From: Catajapyx aquilonaris
Lineage: Eukaryota
Assembly: GCA_000934665.2 (NCBI GenBank)
Contig: JYFJ02001399.1
Location: 1 to 64,000 of the forward strand
DNA: 64,000 bases
Reading direction: 5' to 3'
Below, one piece after another: positions 10,601 to 24,600 of the stretch. The notes under the pieces are model-generated. The model was given only the letters and a program-made list of their open reading frames with translations. It made no database searches and was not told the DNA's origin. The first letter of the stretch is position 1. The number at the start of each line of letters is the position of its first letter. The position numbers and the translations under genes are program-made.

Positions 10601-13600
10601 TGCAGGAGGTGCTCACCTGAGAGCGCCATGAGACCTGTCGCGGAGCTATTATGTGGTGACCCTACCGGACTACGCTGAACTTTATAGGTACAAAAGGGAA
10701 GCGCGACATTGGGGGACCCAACATGGTCGGGCGCCCATGTTGGCCCGCATGTAGGACTTCCCTTTTGTACCTATAAAGTTCAGCGTAGTCCGGTAGGATC
10801 GCCACATAATAGCTCCGTGAAAGGTCTCATGGCGCTCTCAGGTGAGCACCACCTGCAAAACGCCCCGGCAGGCGATAAGATAAGAACGTAGAGGTAGTGT
10901 CCGGGGTCTGGCCAGGTTGGAAGGACAGGAGATGTTGGAGGTGCAGGAATCGGACCACAGACGGCAGGCGAATGAGATGGTTGGCGTGCTGGACGGACGG
11001 ACAGACAGACAGAATCACATCCATCTTTATTGATAGATTAGGAAGGCCGGGAGAGGCTGGGAGGTTTTGCAGATAGACCACAGATGGAAGGCAAATGACG
11101 GTTGGGGTACAGGCGGGAGAAGGACCGCATCCAGATGGCATTGGTGGGCGGACAGACAGACAGAGAGAAAGACAGAAAGACAGACAGACTCACAAACGTC
11201 TTTATTGATATAGATTTGTTGTGCATTTACAAGTCATGAAAGTTGATCAGTAAGAACCCTGTCTTGCCTGATTTTTAAATAGACTTAAGCAGAAGAAACT
11301 CAAGTGATTCATTGGGCCATGGTCGTGAATCAGAGTATGTTGTACTGAAAGAAAGGAAATTAGTACCAATGGAGCCAGTTCGCATTGGCATGCAACGCTT
11401 GGCCTTCATGCTTGAGACCTGCCAGCCAGGGGCAGCACCTGATCCACCTCTTCTAGCTGCTATTCTGGACCTGGTTAGTTAATGCCACCCAAAATCACAA
11501 CCTATATGACTAACTTGTACTTGCTTTTGTTTCACAGCCTAATGCCCCAGTTGTTTCCAAAGCAGCATTTTTTGTTGAAGTTTCCTACTTTGTGCATTGC
11601 TGCAACCGAGGTCAATGGCCAACATGGATGAAGCTCAACTTGCCAATGTTTCGTCCATCTGGCCCTCTTGCCAACAGAGGAACTCCATCAGGACTTCGGC
11701 GTTCACACCTGCTGCAGAGGCAAGCTGGCCGCCTATTTTACCAGTGGGCTGAGGTGAATTCATTATTCTTTGCTTTTTATTCATTCATTCCATTACTGGA
11801 ATGTTACCTGTTAGTATTTGTCATCTTGTATTTAGGGTTGGGAGCACTGATCTCAGTATAACAAAAACCAAGAATATTTTCTTGTTCTTCATTAAAAATT
11901 TAAAAACAAACAACTAGCCAGTAATTAATAAGGGTCACTGAAGCTTGCTTTAGACATCTGTCTCATAATTTTAGAGGGCGACTCATTTTAAATATCATCC
12001 AAGTACAGTAGAACCCCGATTATCAGACCATCCCGCTCCAGCAATTTCTCATCAAACACTGTAATCCAGGCCTACTTAGCATTTGCTTTGTATTACCTTA
12101 GATACATTACAAACATTAGATTCATTTTAAACAGTAGAGTGTGTATGTAAAAGATAAATGGGCTACTTCACTATTTCTTAGAAAACCGTGATACTGTTCA
12201 TTATTTCATGTTTTTGTTGTGTTTCACCAAAGTTTCCTTTGCTCCTCGGATTATCCGATCTTTTTGGTTATCCGACGCTGCCCCAGATGGGTAAGCGGGG
12301 ATGGGTAATCGGGGTTCTACTGTAGTTATACCGCATTTACCAGGTATGATGCATGAAGACACTCAATTGAACAATGGAAATTCGCATCAGTTTTCCCTTG
12401 GGTGAAGAGGCCATTTAGTAAATCTGGAGGCACCTGGATACATGGGGGAAAGGAAACTTATGGTCAGACAAGATTATCTTGAACAAAAGTGCTACAATGG
12501 CATAATAAACCTGAACAAAACTTGAGCCTTGAGCCACAAATTATAGCCCACGAGGTAGTCGCCACCTACGATTTTCCCCACCCCCTCGCGCGCGCTTGAC
12601 TCGTGACTCTGATACACCCTGTATATCCTGTTTAAGACTTGCTCCTTTGCAGATATTCGCCTTAATTTGAAAATTCTTATTGTTCTTGAACAGGCCTTGG
12701 GATCTCGCTTAGAAGAGTTGTTAGCTACACAACAAGCTGAGGTGCCAGATGTAAATGCAGAGGATAGCAAACAGAAAGATTTGCTGCTTCGGGATGAAGA
12801 CGAGGATTTTCTTGATGAAGGTGATTCGTAATAGCCAAACTTATCATTGGCATATACTTTTGTGGTACAAAAAATGCATTTAAAATATGAACTGATCATT
12901 GTGATCAAGGAAGTTGGGTATTGCTTTCTCAACTATTACATTGGTTGATTGCGAGTCAGCACAAACTAACAATTATTTTCTGTTTGCAGCAAGTGTGAAT
13001 CCCAGTGGCATAGCTTGCCCACCAGCTTTGAAACTGGTTGCATGCATGCTTCTTCTAGAAATCACTGCTTTCCTTCGAGAAACATATCAAGGCCTTCCTA
13101 AAGGAACTCGCTTGAGTGGCAGGGAAAGAGTAACTCCAGGAGGACCCCCTCCTTGGGAAAGGGAGAGAGCACTCAGTCAAGTTGCACCTAGGCGCTGGAG
13201 TATGGCTCTTTCATCCATGGGGCATTCACAAGCCTCAGCACAGAGCCTGCAGTCAATTGCAGGTGAAGCACATCCAGGTCAGGCAATTTCTTAAATGCAT
13301 TAATTGTCACTGTAGACTACGTATCATAGGATTTATGTAACAGTGATTCTTCTCTAGTTCAAGGAGAGCGCAAAATTAGCTTTGTGCTTCATGAGCCTGA
13401 CAACGAATCTTTGGGAAGTAGCAACACAACTGTTACAGCACAGGTGATCAACCCTTTACATCATAAACTTCTATCAAACAGTGTGAAAGAGCAAACTGTA
13501 ACATACAGAGAGATGACATTTGCTACGTTTTGAAGCTCCAGCAATTACAATTTGACCTGGTATATAGATGGTGTCCAGATTGCAAAGGGTGGCGGCATAC

Positions 13601-16600
13601 GAGAGGATCATGAACACCCCCCNAGCCCACCCCAGCCCACCCCATCCCACCCTACCCCATCCCACCCTACCATTGCCCTAAGATGTCCGCTTGGAGCAGC
13701 ATTCGTTCATCAAAGTTCAGGTCATTCTTAGCTGTGGTGCTGTTGTCATCATCCATGGGCTGTTGGTGAGAGCTGTATGTGTCAGAAGTCATCGCTTTCC
13801 ATTGCCCACTATCCAACATTGGGCCAAAGCTTCTTTCAGCGAGGGCAAAGACTTTTTGTCCACTCTAGATCTAGTAGACCTCCACAGCATCATTCCATTA
13901 CCAGAGCGGTAGAACATTGCATATAGTGCTCTGACTTGTCCCACACTCAAAAGCAAACTCCTGTGTTGTCCATCGCTGAGTGTTTCCTGCATGCAACGTT
14001 CAACGGCTCCAGTGATGGAATGATGCTGTGGAGGTCTATCAGATCTGGAGTGGGTGAAGAGTCTTTCTCCTTGCCCTCTGTTGAAAGAAGCTTTGGCCCA
14101 TTGTGGGATGGTGGGCAATGGAAAGTGATGACTATTTTTAGGCACGAAAAAACCCTTCAAATAGGCACACAATTTTTACTTTTTTGGGAGTATGGCAGAT
14201 AATGATCCAGAAAATACAAAAGCTAGAATAATTTTATAGGCCTAAAGTATAAATATAAGGTCACAAACCATAGCAAAAACCGAATAACAATATTAAACTG
14301 ACAGGAAATTACGAAACTTGGGCAACAGACACAAGGTGCAAGCAAGTATCACTTGCTCTGGACTCGATTACCGCTTACAGCCAGTTTCCACTTGCACAAA
14401 ATGTTGCCAAATATTTTTCTAAATTTTCCTCTGATTGTTCAAAACAGAGGAAAATTTAGAAAAATATTTGTCATATGCATCATGAAAACATGATTCGTAT
14501 GACTTCTGATCAATTTTGGACCTTTCCGGAGCACAAAAAATACTCCGCAAAAAAACCAAACATGCCTCTGAAGAAATAGGTCCACAATAGGCCCAAAAAG
14601 TCCCCAAATTGCTTCAAAAAGTTCAAATACTATCCCAAAAAAGGCCAAATAGCCATGAAAAGTCACAAAAGGCGGCAAATTGAAGCGGAAAAGCGGAACA
14701 TAGACGAAGACACTAAAAACGCTCTATCTTTTTAACTAATACGAATAATCAAGTGATTGAAATATGTTATTTATTTATTTATTTTTTTTTCATTACCCCA
14801 CTTAGGGAGTTACTTACTCCTTTGGGGGGGTGGGGGGTGGATTACCACCATCGGGATTTATTTGGAGAGTGTTAAGATCTTATTAGTTTACTCCAAGGGT
14901 AGGTGGGAGGGGATGTGCAAGTGCATGTGCGCTGTCGTTGAGTGGGCATTTTGTGAACTCCCCCGGGTGGACTAGTCTTTAGGAAATTTCCACCCGAAAT
15001 GAAGCCAGAGATGGCCCAACTCTGCACGGATAAAGGTGGGAACCCCGGGTGGGGATTGAACCCGGGACCTTAATATCCGTGGGTGCGCGCGTTACCGCGA
15101 CGCCACTTCATCTCCCCATGAAATATGTAAATTAAGTATTTGTGTAAGGAATGTCTTGACACCAAAAACAAAAAAATCAATCCATAAATTTAAAAAATTC
15201 TCGCATCTCAAATTAATTATGACGTTACCCTACCCATTTATTTAACATTGGAGTTTCTGTTTGGAAGCGCAAGTCTCATGAATGAATGGTACAACCAATT
15301 AATGCGAAGTGTCATTGGAAAGCTTGTTTAAATATGTGCGGCATCATGTAAGATTAGCAACCGTCACTTGAATGATCTATTTTTTATCGGAGAGGGAAGA
15401 AAAAAGTGGCACTTTCGTTCCGGGGAGCCTAAATAGTAGCCTTTTCTTTCCTTCGCCAAAATGAGGGATTATACCACCCCTGACCACTTAACCAGTGGGG
15501 CCCCTGAGTTATCTGCTCGACCCATCTCTTTTCAAATTCTTTCATAGCCTCCGGGCCACCTTTGACCTCCCTAACCTCAGTGTGTTACAAAAACTGGAAA
15601 ATGACAACCCATAATACCTTTGAAACATTCTACTTTGGTATTGAATAAGAGAGAAAATTATTCAGATTTTCGATTAGTATTTACTGGAATTGTAAAATAA
15701 TTCTCCAGCGTAAAATTCACTAGGATAATTTTTATATCTTTTTCATACTTGTACAGTCAAGGGTGATGATTCATTCAGCTAATCCGAGGTGTGGGGGCAA
15801 AGAGTGGTGGGGTCGAAGGGCGGTCATGGGAATAGTCAGAGAGTCCAAAATTACACTTTTGAACAATTCAAGTGAAAAGAAATTCCAGAACGAAAAGGAA
15901 AAGGTTAAAGCAGCCAGCAAATACAGAACATTAAATCGACAGTGGCGCCGATGTTTCTGGTGCTTGCCAATCCTGGTCACGTGTTCTGATTTCTAAAATA
16001 AATTTCTTCCCTACATGGGAACTTTCAAGGCTGTTTTCGTCGCAGATTTGGGACTTCCCGACCCGTTTTCGGATGGGATTTTTCCGTAATGGTTGGACGA
16101 CAAATTGGCCGCACGACACTCGTCACTTTTCCCTCAGGGTACTTCCTTATCGCTGTAAGCCTAGCTCTACTCACTTGGCTCTACTGGCCCCTTTTCTTAA
16201 TCCTATCAACTATTTCAAATATCATTTTTTACACACTTTTGATAGCAAAATTGAATTCATCGTTGTCGATAACCTATATCTGCATACCAAATTGGGCTCA
16301 CTACGTCTTTAAATAGTAATGATAAAGACCTCGACACTTTTATTTTAATGTAACTTTGTGCATAATTATAAACACTCTGGGACCGAAGCAGTGGTGGCGG
16401 AGGGGATATGGTATCCGACTGCTAATCGGGAGGTCCTGGGTTCGAATCCTGGTGCCAGCAACTCTAACCATGGTTTTCTGTGGTTTCCCACGGTTCCTCC
16501 AGGAGAATTCCGGAGTTGTTTCCTAAACTAATAGGCCACAGCCACCTCCTTCCTTTCCTATCCTATCCCAAAAAGCACAGTAAAAAAACGAAACGAAGAG

Positions 16601-18586
16601 TTCCAGTCAAAAAATATATATATCCCCCCTAAAGAGCCGCCGTCTGATAACGGGGTATGAATTATTATATAAACGCTCTGGGAAAATATTTTATGCAAAT
16701 ATAGGGTATAACCACTGGAGAATTCAAATATGCCGTCAAAAAAGAAGAGATAATAGTATAGGAAATAGTTCGTGGGATTAAAGAAACGTGCCAGTGTGCA
16801 AAGGTCCTGTCAATCACTGGTTGCGGGGGGGGAGGGGTCCATTCCATGTCAAAGCGGGAGAAGGTAATGGTTAGACCGTCTCAAATTTTGGAACTCGAAG
16901 AAGCGACAAATTCTCTTAAACACCACGTGGTGGAGAGAAAATGGAATAAGGGACGAAGGTCACGTTCCACTCTTTCCCGTTTGGTGCTGATGACTAGGAA
17001 AATCGTAATTTTCAGCGGAAACTTGTCAATTACGATTTTTAGGGCACCGTGCTATTCTGCTAAACACAGGTTTCACTGTATGCAAAAGAGAAAGTTTCTG
17101 TGCATGTATGTTTGATTGTACATGGCAATGGGTTACCATAGCTATGATGGTTGCCATGGTAACCCAGTTGCCGGGTAACCCTCGTTTTAAAAATAGGGAT
17201 TCATAAAAATTCAGTTTGACAAAACCCACAAAATCCGCACACATACTGTAGCCTAGAGTACCGGTACTTGACTTGCCGGTCCACATGTGGTGCATTTGCC
17301 GAGTGTCCCTCGTAGGGGACACCCGGTTTCAACGCCACCCTCAGACAAGGAAAGTAAAAAATATGCCTATATTTCCACATGGACATCATCATTCATAAGT
17401 TTTCTAAGTATTACAAACAAAAAATAATAACTCGTAATGCTAATCAACATTCGAGAATCAATTACTAATCGTCTTCGGAACGTGGAGGTGCAGCCATTAT
17501 TTCCTGAGTTAAAATTCAAACACCTGTATCTTAAAAATCTGAAGCAATATTGAGCAGGTTTGTACTTGTATCGTTAGCTGGGACTCTACTGAAGCACACG
17601 TGACTACTTCCAGCTCTTTAGCAGCAGAAGAACCTGCGCAAAAAAATTAAAATGTAACAACTGTGCAGGTGTCCCCTATAGGGGACACTCGGCATATCTG
17701 GGTTAAGCGGGGCGCACTGTATGCTTTAGAAGTTTAGAGTATCGTATATCAGTGTTACTGCACAGTATAGCTTACAAGGATGAGTGTGGGAAGAAGCAAA
17801 AAACAGCCTTTACTGCTGCACTCCACATCTGCCAGCTCCACTTATGCTTTATTCCAATCCTTAGACACCTCTTTTATAAGACAGGTAATTTTCACTTCCC
17901 CAGTCTATGACTGTGAATGTTATGAGTATTGCTGAGGAGAATGTGAAGACCATTATGCAACTATTCTACAGTATAGTACATGACTCTCATGTGTATTGTG
18001 ATGATGATGATGATTACTACGTTATATTATAAATGTAATGAATAGGTATAGTTTATTTATATAGTGGGGCAGCACTGACATTTTCAATGAACATATTTAG
18101 GGTGAAGAGGCAGCAGTGGAGGAGAAGAAGCCACGAAGAGTAGCTCAAGGACGTCCCTTCCTCCTTCGTAAGGGCACTACAGGGATGGGATCTTTCAAGA
18201 GGCAGAGCATCAAGCTAAGGCGTTCCAACAAGGAGAAGAAAGACTCTGATTCTGACTGTAAGCTGCATTCTTTGGAAACTGTTTGTACGAGATTAGGTCT
18301 CACTGAGAGGGGCAGCATGTTGGTGTAGGGGTTATCGCCACAGCCTTCCACCTCTGAGGTCCTCAGTTCGATCCGCAAGTCAGACAGAGGATACTTATGT
18401 GGATAGAATTTCGATGGGTTCTCTCCGTGTTTGTGTGGGTTTTCTCAGGGCTCTCCCTTTTTCTCCCACAATCAAAATCCATCAGGCAATGATTCAATAA
18501 GACAGTCAAAGAAATGATGATCCCCTAAAAGGCCCAAGGAGACCTCTCAAGGGGTATCCATTATTTTGTTGTTGTTGTTATTGTTA

Positions 18587-18639
<53 letters not shown>

Positions 18640-21600
18640 GGGNGGGGGGTGCGGTGGGCGAGATGGTAACTTTTCTACTTGCTGAGTGAAAGGTCCCAGG
18701 TTCGAACCCCGCCTGGGAGTTCCCTTTCACCTGCATCAGGAGGGTCTCTGATCTACACCTTGGAGGTGTCTGGCAACCTAACCTCCTGCGGGACTGCACA
18801 GTGCCCAATTTGAGACAATGCACTTGCACAAGTGTCCCCTCCCCAACAATCCCTATCCCTACCCGACATCCCGAAGTCCTTGCACAGAGATTGAAGTGAA
18901 AAGGAAAATGGTTCTGAATGGTGGTAATCCACCCCCCAAAAAGGCCTCGATGGCCCAGAACAGGGTAAATTTAAAATTTATTATTATTATTATTTCTTCG
19001 CTTTGGTTAGAAAAATGTATACCGGATTACCTCACTTGAAGTGACATGCCGATATAAAACGAGGTCGACCAGCGTGCTGGTATAACCCGGGGGTGGCCGG
19101 CATGCCGCAATAACCGAGGTAGATTGCCATAATTTTGATTCTTGTTAAATAATTTAGCATGCTTTTTGTAGGTTGTACTAAAATAATGTTATGGTGAAAA
19201 ATGGACGAGTACAGAGCTGTGAGAATATGCAAGCTGTCTGTTGCACAGTGCATAGAATGTGACTAATCCCACATTCAGCCTCCTCTGAGAGGACAACCCC
19301 CCTACTCCATCACAAAGAATCAAGGCAAACTCCTTAAGTCCTTCAATTTGCTCAATACATGGTTGCAGTTTTCACTGGTTCAATACTTCAGGTACTCTGG
19401 TATAGGCAGTTAATACTAATTATATCATAATTATGTTGCTAATACTAATAAATGGTTAATTAAGTGAAAACCTCGCCTTATACCAGCATGCCAGTATAGC
19501 CACCAGATCTTGCATTTCTAAAAACTGGTCGACCTCGACTACACCGGCATGCCGCTTTAAGTGAGGTAATACGGTACTAAAGTTTTCCTGTTTGGTACAC
19601 ACTCAAGACTCTTTTTAAAGCAATATTTTTTTACTATCCTTGCAATGAGTAAAGGTCTTTTTTTGCGTGAACGTTTTTACTAAGCCTGTGAGACTCCAAC
19701 TTCTGAACATGACCGTTTTTGCACAGATTCACCAAAAATATGTCTGATATAATTATATATTGGTTTCAGCGATGAAGCGATCAGACTCAGTGAGTTCAGC
19801 AAAAAGAAAAGTCAGCTCTATATCCGATCGAAGTGACACCTCTGATCATGGGGAGCCAGAGGCTAGTGGGGAAGAATCCCCTGGAGTTTTGAGTGATGAA
19901 CAAGCACCTGATAGCCCAAATGATGCAAATGATGCCACTGATGTGTCTCTGGCAAAAAACATGCCTTGGCTTAAGGTAATGTTTGCTGGGTCTGTGTTGT
20001 GCAAAGTACAAATTAATAGACATGCGTTATTTTTACAAACAGGTGGTAATTCAGCTGACTGGGTCATTCAATTTCTGCTGCACACATCAGGGTTGCTGTC
20101 ATCCACAGTGTTACAGAAGGCAAATGAGGGCTTGCTTTCGACTCACTAAGGCTGTTAGGAAGGTGTGGATGAGGTAGTTGTTGAGAATGAGGAGCTTCGT
20201 TACAGCAAGACATAAATGTGTTTGTTGCAGATTTACGGTGAGGAAATGCCATTTATATCGGAGCTGGATACTGGTAGTGTAGGACAGCGAACCAGAGATG
20301 AAATCAGGAAGGAAAAATCAGCCATGCGAAAAGTTTCTGAACAGGGAATGATGCTTGGTTCTCCCATTCGACGTAAGGAAAGCCTTGCCAAGAAGAACCG
20401 CATAGACAAGTCAATTGACACGTCCTTGATAAGTCGAATGGGATCACACCCTGATTCTGGCACTCACTTGGCAATAGAAGCAGACCTGGAAAAAGGGCGC
20501 GAGTGTGCAGCTGAGATGGATTCAGGGGAAGAAACTTCAGTGGAAGAGCCACCTATTCTTAAGTATCTAAAAAGCCAGGTTGGATTATCATATTTTCTTG
20601 TACCCCAATCTGAAACCGCTACCTGATCAGTAATCCCAGGCAATATATAGGGTGGCAATGCATGATTGTAAGGTTTCTGTAAATTGATCTTTCAGTTCAC
20701 TGAATTCTTTCTATTATGAAACTGATGGGAATCAGTGTCCATTACAAAAAAAAATTGTAACATATTAGGTTTAAGCAAATGAAACACCTATATCTTAAAA
20801 ATCTGAAGCAATATTGAGCAGGTTTGAACTTGTATCGTTAGCTGGGACTCTCCTGAAGCCCCCGTCACTACTGCCAGCTCTTTAGCAGCAGAAGAACCTG
20901 CGCAAAAAAATTAAAATGTAACAACTGTGCAGGTGTCCCCTATAGGGGACACTCGGCATATCTGGGTTAAGGGGGCACTACAGTCATTGACCTTCAAAAA
21001 TTCGATTTCTTTCTTTATTTTTTAATTTTTGAAAAAAATCAAGTGTCTTTTCCTGCGTCATATGCGGCATACTGTGTCCCAAAATTCAAAAAATTGCCGC
21101 GCCGGGAGCGGACGCCTGGCAACGACCTTCGGTTCCCCCTCCTCTCCCCACCTACCTGCTGGCATGAGCGCCATCAGGTGCTGCTCCCACGCGGATGCAC
21201 TACGCCGGTCCTGCTGGCCACAGCGCGTCTGTGTCACACTAATATATTTTTTAAATTGCATTATCGCTCTGTTATGTTACCCTACTTCTAACTTTAAACA
21301 CAATTTTCTCAGTTTGCCGGATTTGGACAGTGTCGACATCGCCCAGGCCACAAAAATTTAGCTACGGACTTCCCAATTTACAAGATTTATCCTCAAATGT
21401 ATGGCGCTATCATTCGGCCTAAAAGAATTAGCCTGCTCGAACTACTTCTATTTAATTAAATGTTTTCTCAAAACTGCTTAATTTTGTAGTTATCTTTCTG
21501 AAATCGTCAAAAAAATACTAAAACGATTTCAAAAATTTTAATTCTAGGTCAAATGAAAACTACATGCTCAAGGAAGCCTGAGGTCCAATCTGACGGTTGT

Positions 21601-24600
21601 AGGTTGACCCCAGCGTCCTAAATCGTGTCGACAGTGGCGTGACATCACGCGGCCCTGGAGGCCCGTCGACACACGAACATGATTCGATTACAGGCGCTAA
21701 TAGGTCTCTGACTTAATGTACATTCATGAAAATGAAGTCCCAACTTCTTGTCTCGAATGTTTTTTTTTTTTTTTTGGGGGGGGGGGGGGGNATTTTTTTA
21801 CAAAACCCTTGATTTTGACGGTAGTGCCCCCTTCATGGCATTTTTTTCTTTTTTTGCCAAGTGCCATACTTCATCATGACATGTGCAACTCCAATTTATA
21901 ATTACGATCCATTATTATACGAGGTAGGGTCACCTTCACTCATTTACTAGCTTAACACACAATTTTTGTAGCATAGCATCAAGGTGCATCTCATAGAAGG
22001 AAATAATTATGTGCCTGTTTTTTTTTCATGTGTGTGGATTCCTTACTTCATGGTTAGGTACAAAAAATTGTTTGAAAACCCCTCATATTGTTCAGCCTTG
22101 TTGCATTTCTTACTATTTGAAGACTTTTTCATATACAGTAAAATCTCGTTTTAGCGAATACCAATACAATGAAATTTCAATAGAACGCAATAAAAATAAA
22201 ATTTTGGTTGGCCAGCCATAAGAGCAATGTATTTGTAATCCCATTATTATGAAATGCGTTACTACGAAATTTTCAGTACAACGAATACGAAAGGTGGTTC
22301 CCTGGCTAGTATTGACCCCGATATAACGAAATATGCACTAGTGCAATGCTCTGCCACACGTGCTCCAGCACTGTCTAGCGATAAGTGTGTGGTCGTGCGT
22401 AACACCGTCAACAGTCGTGAAATGTTGGGGTAGAAGTTGCATTAAGGGGTCCGCAGTGTCGGTTTTGGGAAGTGACCAGGACGGTGAAGACTCAGATGAG
22501 CCTGATGACCTGTCTGTGTGGAGGTCCGACTCTGAAAGCACCAGCACGCCAGATGAAGTTACCTTTCACGACTTTGATGAGATGACGACGTACAGGTGTG
22601 CCAGGAGTGGACAGATTCGGTCATACTTGCGGGGGAAATAAAAATAACCAATCTCAATTTAACGAAATTTCGTTGTTACAAAAAGATTTGCCCGGTCCCG
22701 CGGGCTTCGTTGTAACGAGATTTTACCTGTACAACAAAATTTAAACAGTCACTACTGCTGAGGATGAGGCCAATTAGGGATTCACTGAGGAATCTGACTA
22801 TGTAACTGCCTGCGATCTGATATTTCATGTTTATAGGGAAGCCATATATGTGTGTTTTTATTAAACTTTTTCGTACAAAGATTTTTCACAAGCCAGATGT
22901 TCATTACAGGGAGCATAAACTTGAAAATTTTTAGTAGGAGAATATGATTTTGTCAAAACTGGACCACTGTTATCTGGAAATGTATTTTAAGGGATGACCA
23001 TTTTGTAAGAATGAAAATCTTGACAACTGATAGCCATTCAATGAAAATCCTTCAAATTACTTTCAGACCAGTTGCAGGAATGTTGAAGGATGCTGGAGAG
23101 GTGGTAGTATCCATCTGAAGAAGCATGTGATTCTGGCATGCTTTCATTCATCTCCCGTGCAGGTGTTAACATTCACTGAACAGTCAGCAGCAATTTGATA
23201 TCTGTCATCAGATTTGTGAAAGATGTGGAAATCATTCTCCTCATGGTAGTGTAAAATAGGTAGGGATGACATGTCAGAAGAAACTAGTGGATTGAACTTG
23301 GGATTAATTACATAAGATTCATTCAACTGTATACAAACATGGCCATGAATAAGTACACCAAAAATATTCTGAGACTTGGGATGGATCTCCTCTACCCAAA
23401 CACTGAAGGGTGACATCTGATAAAGTGATGCCAGAAGAAATTATGTTTTTTGCTCCCTCTACAAGATTTTTGAGCCCTATTAGAAGTGGATAATTGATAA
23501 CACAGGCAATTCTTTCAGTGACTTGGCATTGTAAGCCTAAGCTGCCTGTAATCTTCAGTGTATTAGGATTCCTAAACCTGAATATTGCACAATAATGAAG
23601 AGTCACTAATGCCAGTTTCTGAGAACTAGGTATGGAGGAAAATTCAAAATCTTACATTTACTCAAGGATTAGGTGTAAGGGATTCAGCAATGATCATATC
23701 TGGATGACACAAGAGTACCATATGTTGGGGACCTCTGCTGTTTCCAATTACATTAATAAAATAATAAATAATAATTTATACCCCGTTATCAGCTTATTGG
23801 CTCTTTAGGGGCAGTTTGTTTTGCCTGGAACTCTTTGCTTTTCATTTTACTGTGCTCTTTGGGATAGGATAGGGACGGAAGGAAGTGGCTGTGGCCTATT
23901 AATTACGGAAGCTACTCCGGAATTTTCCTGGAAGGACCGTGGGAAACCACAGAAAACCACGGTCAGAGTTGCTAGCCCTGGAATTTTATCCCAGGACCTC
24001 GCGATTAGCAGTCGGACACCATATCCCCTCCTCCAAACTTCTTCGGTGTTTCCAATTACATTAGTTGGGTTACTGCCTGGTATGGTGTGCCTTATAGAGA
24101 CTATTTCCTCCATTGAGGATATTTTCTTGGTAAAGCATAACATATTCTGACCTGTACTGGCCTGGTTTTTTTGGATGGCAGCCACATGGTTGATGGACAG
24201 GTGAGACCCATTTGAAGCTTGGGAATTTTCCGTCCAATATTGATTGATAATAATCGTACCTGCATAAAGGACATGGCACAAAATGTATGGGTGAGTGGCC
24301 TTCCGTTCGATTTGCCTGAAAATTGGATATATTGTAGCCCAGACCGTCCTGATCAATGTTAGATAGGGACATTTCGAGGTAGGACCTACAGGGAGCGTGC
24401 TAATGACCTCCCAAGGTACTATGGGACATGGTCTGATTTTCCGTTCGATTTGCCTGAAAATTGGCTATATTGCAGTCCAGACCAACCTGATCAATGTTGG
24501 ATAGGAACATTTCGAGGCAGGACCTACAGGGAGCATGCTAATGACCTCAGAAGGTAATATGGGGAGTAGTAACTACTCCCTATATTATATTAGCACGCTC

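Noticed and set aside
12492..12932. 146-aa minus-strand ORF and other antisense ORFs over exons
   Set aside because: Overlap unc-80 exons antisense; no recognisable protein features.
13616..13670. (CCCAC/CCCAG)n tract and single n bases in poly-C/G runs across the window
   Set aside because: Simple repeat; all n positions lie in homopolymer runs, consistent with sequencing uncertainty.
24301..24560. CRISPR-like or satellite array
   Set aside because: Only two direct units without unique spacers, in eukaryotic intron context with no cas genes.
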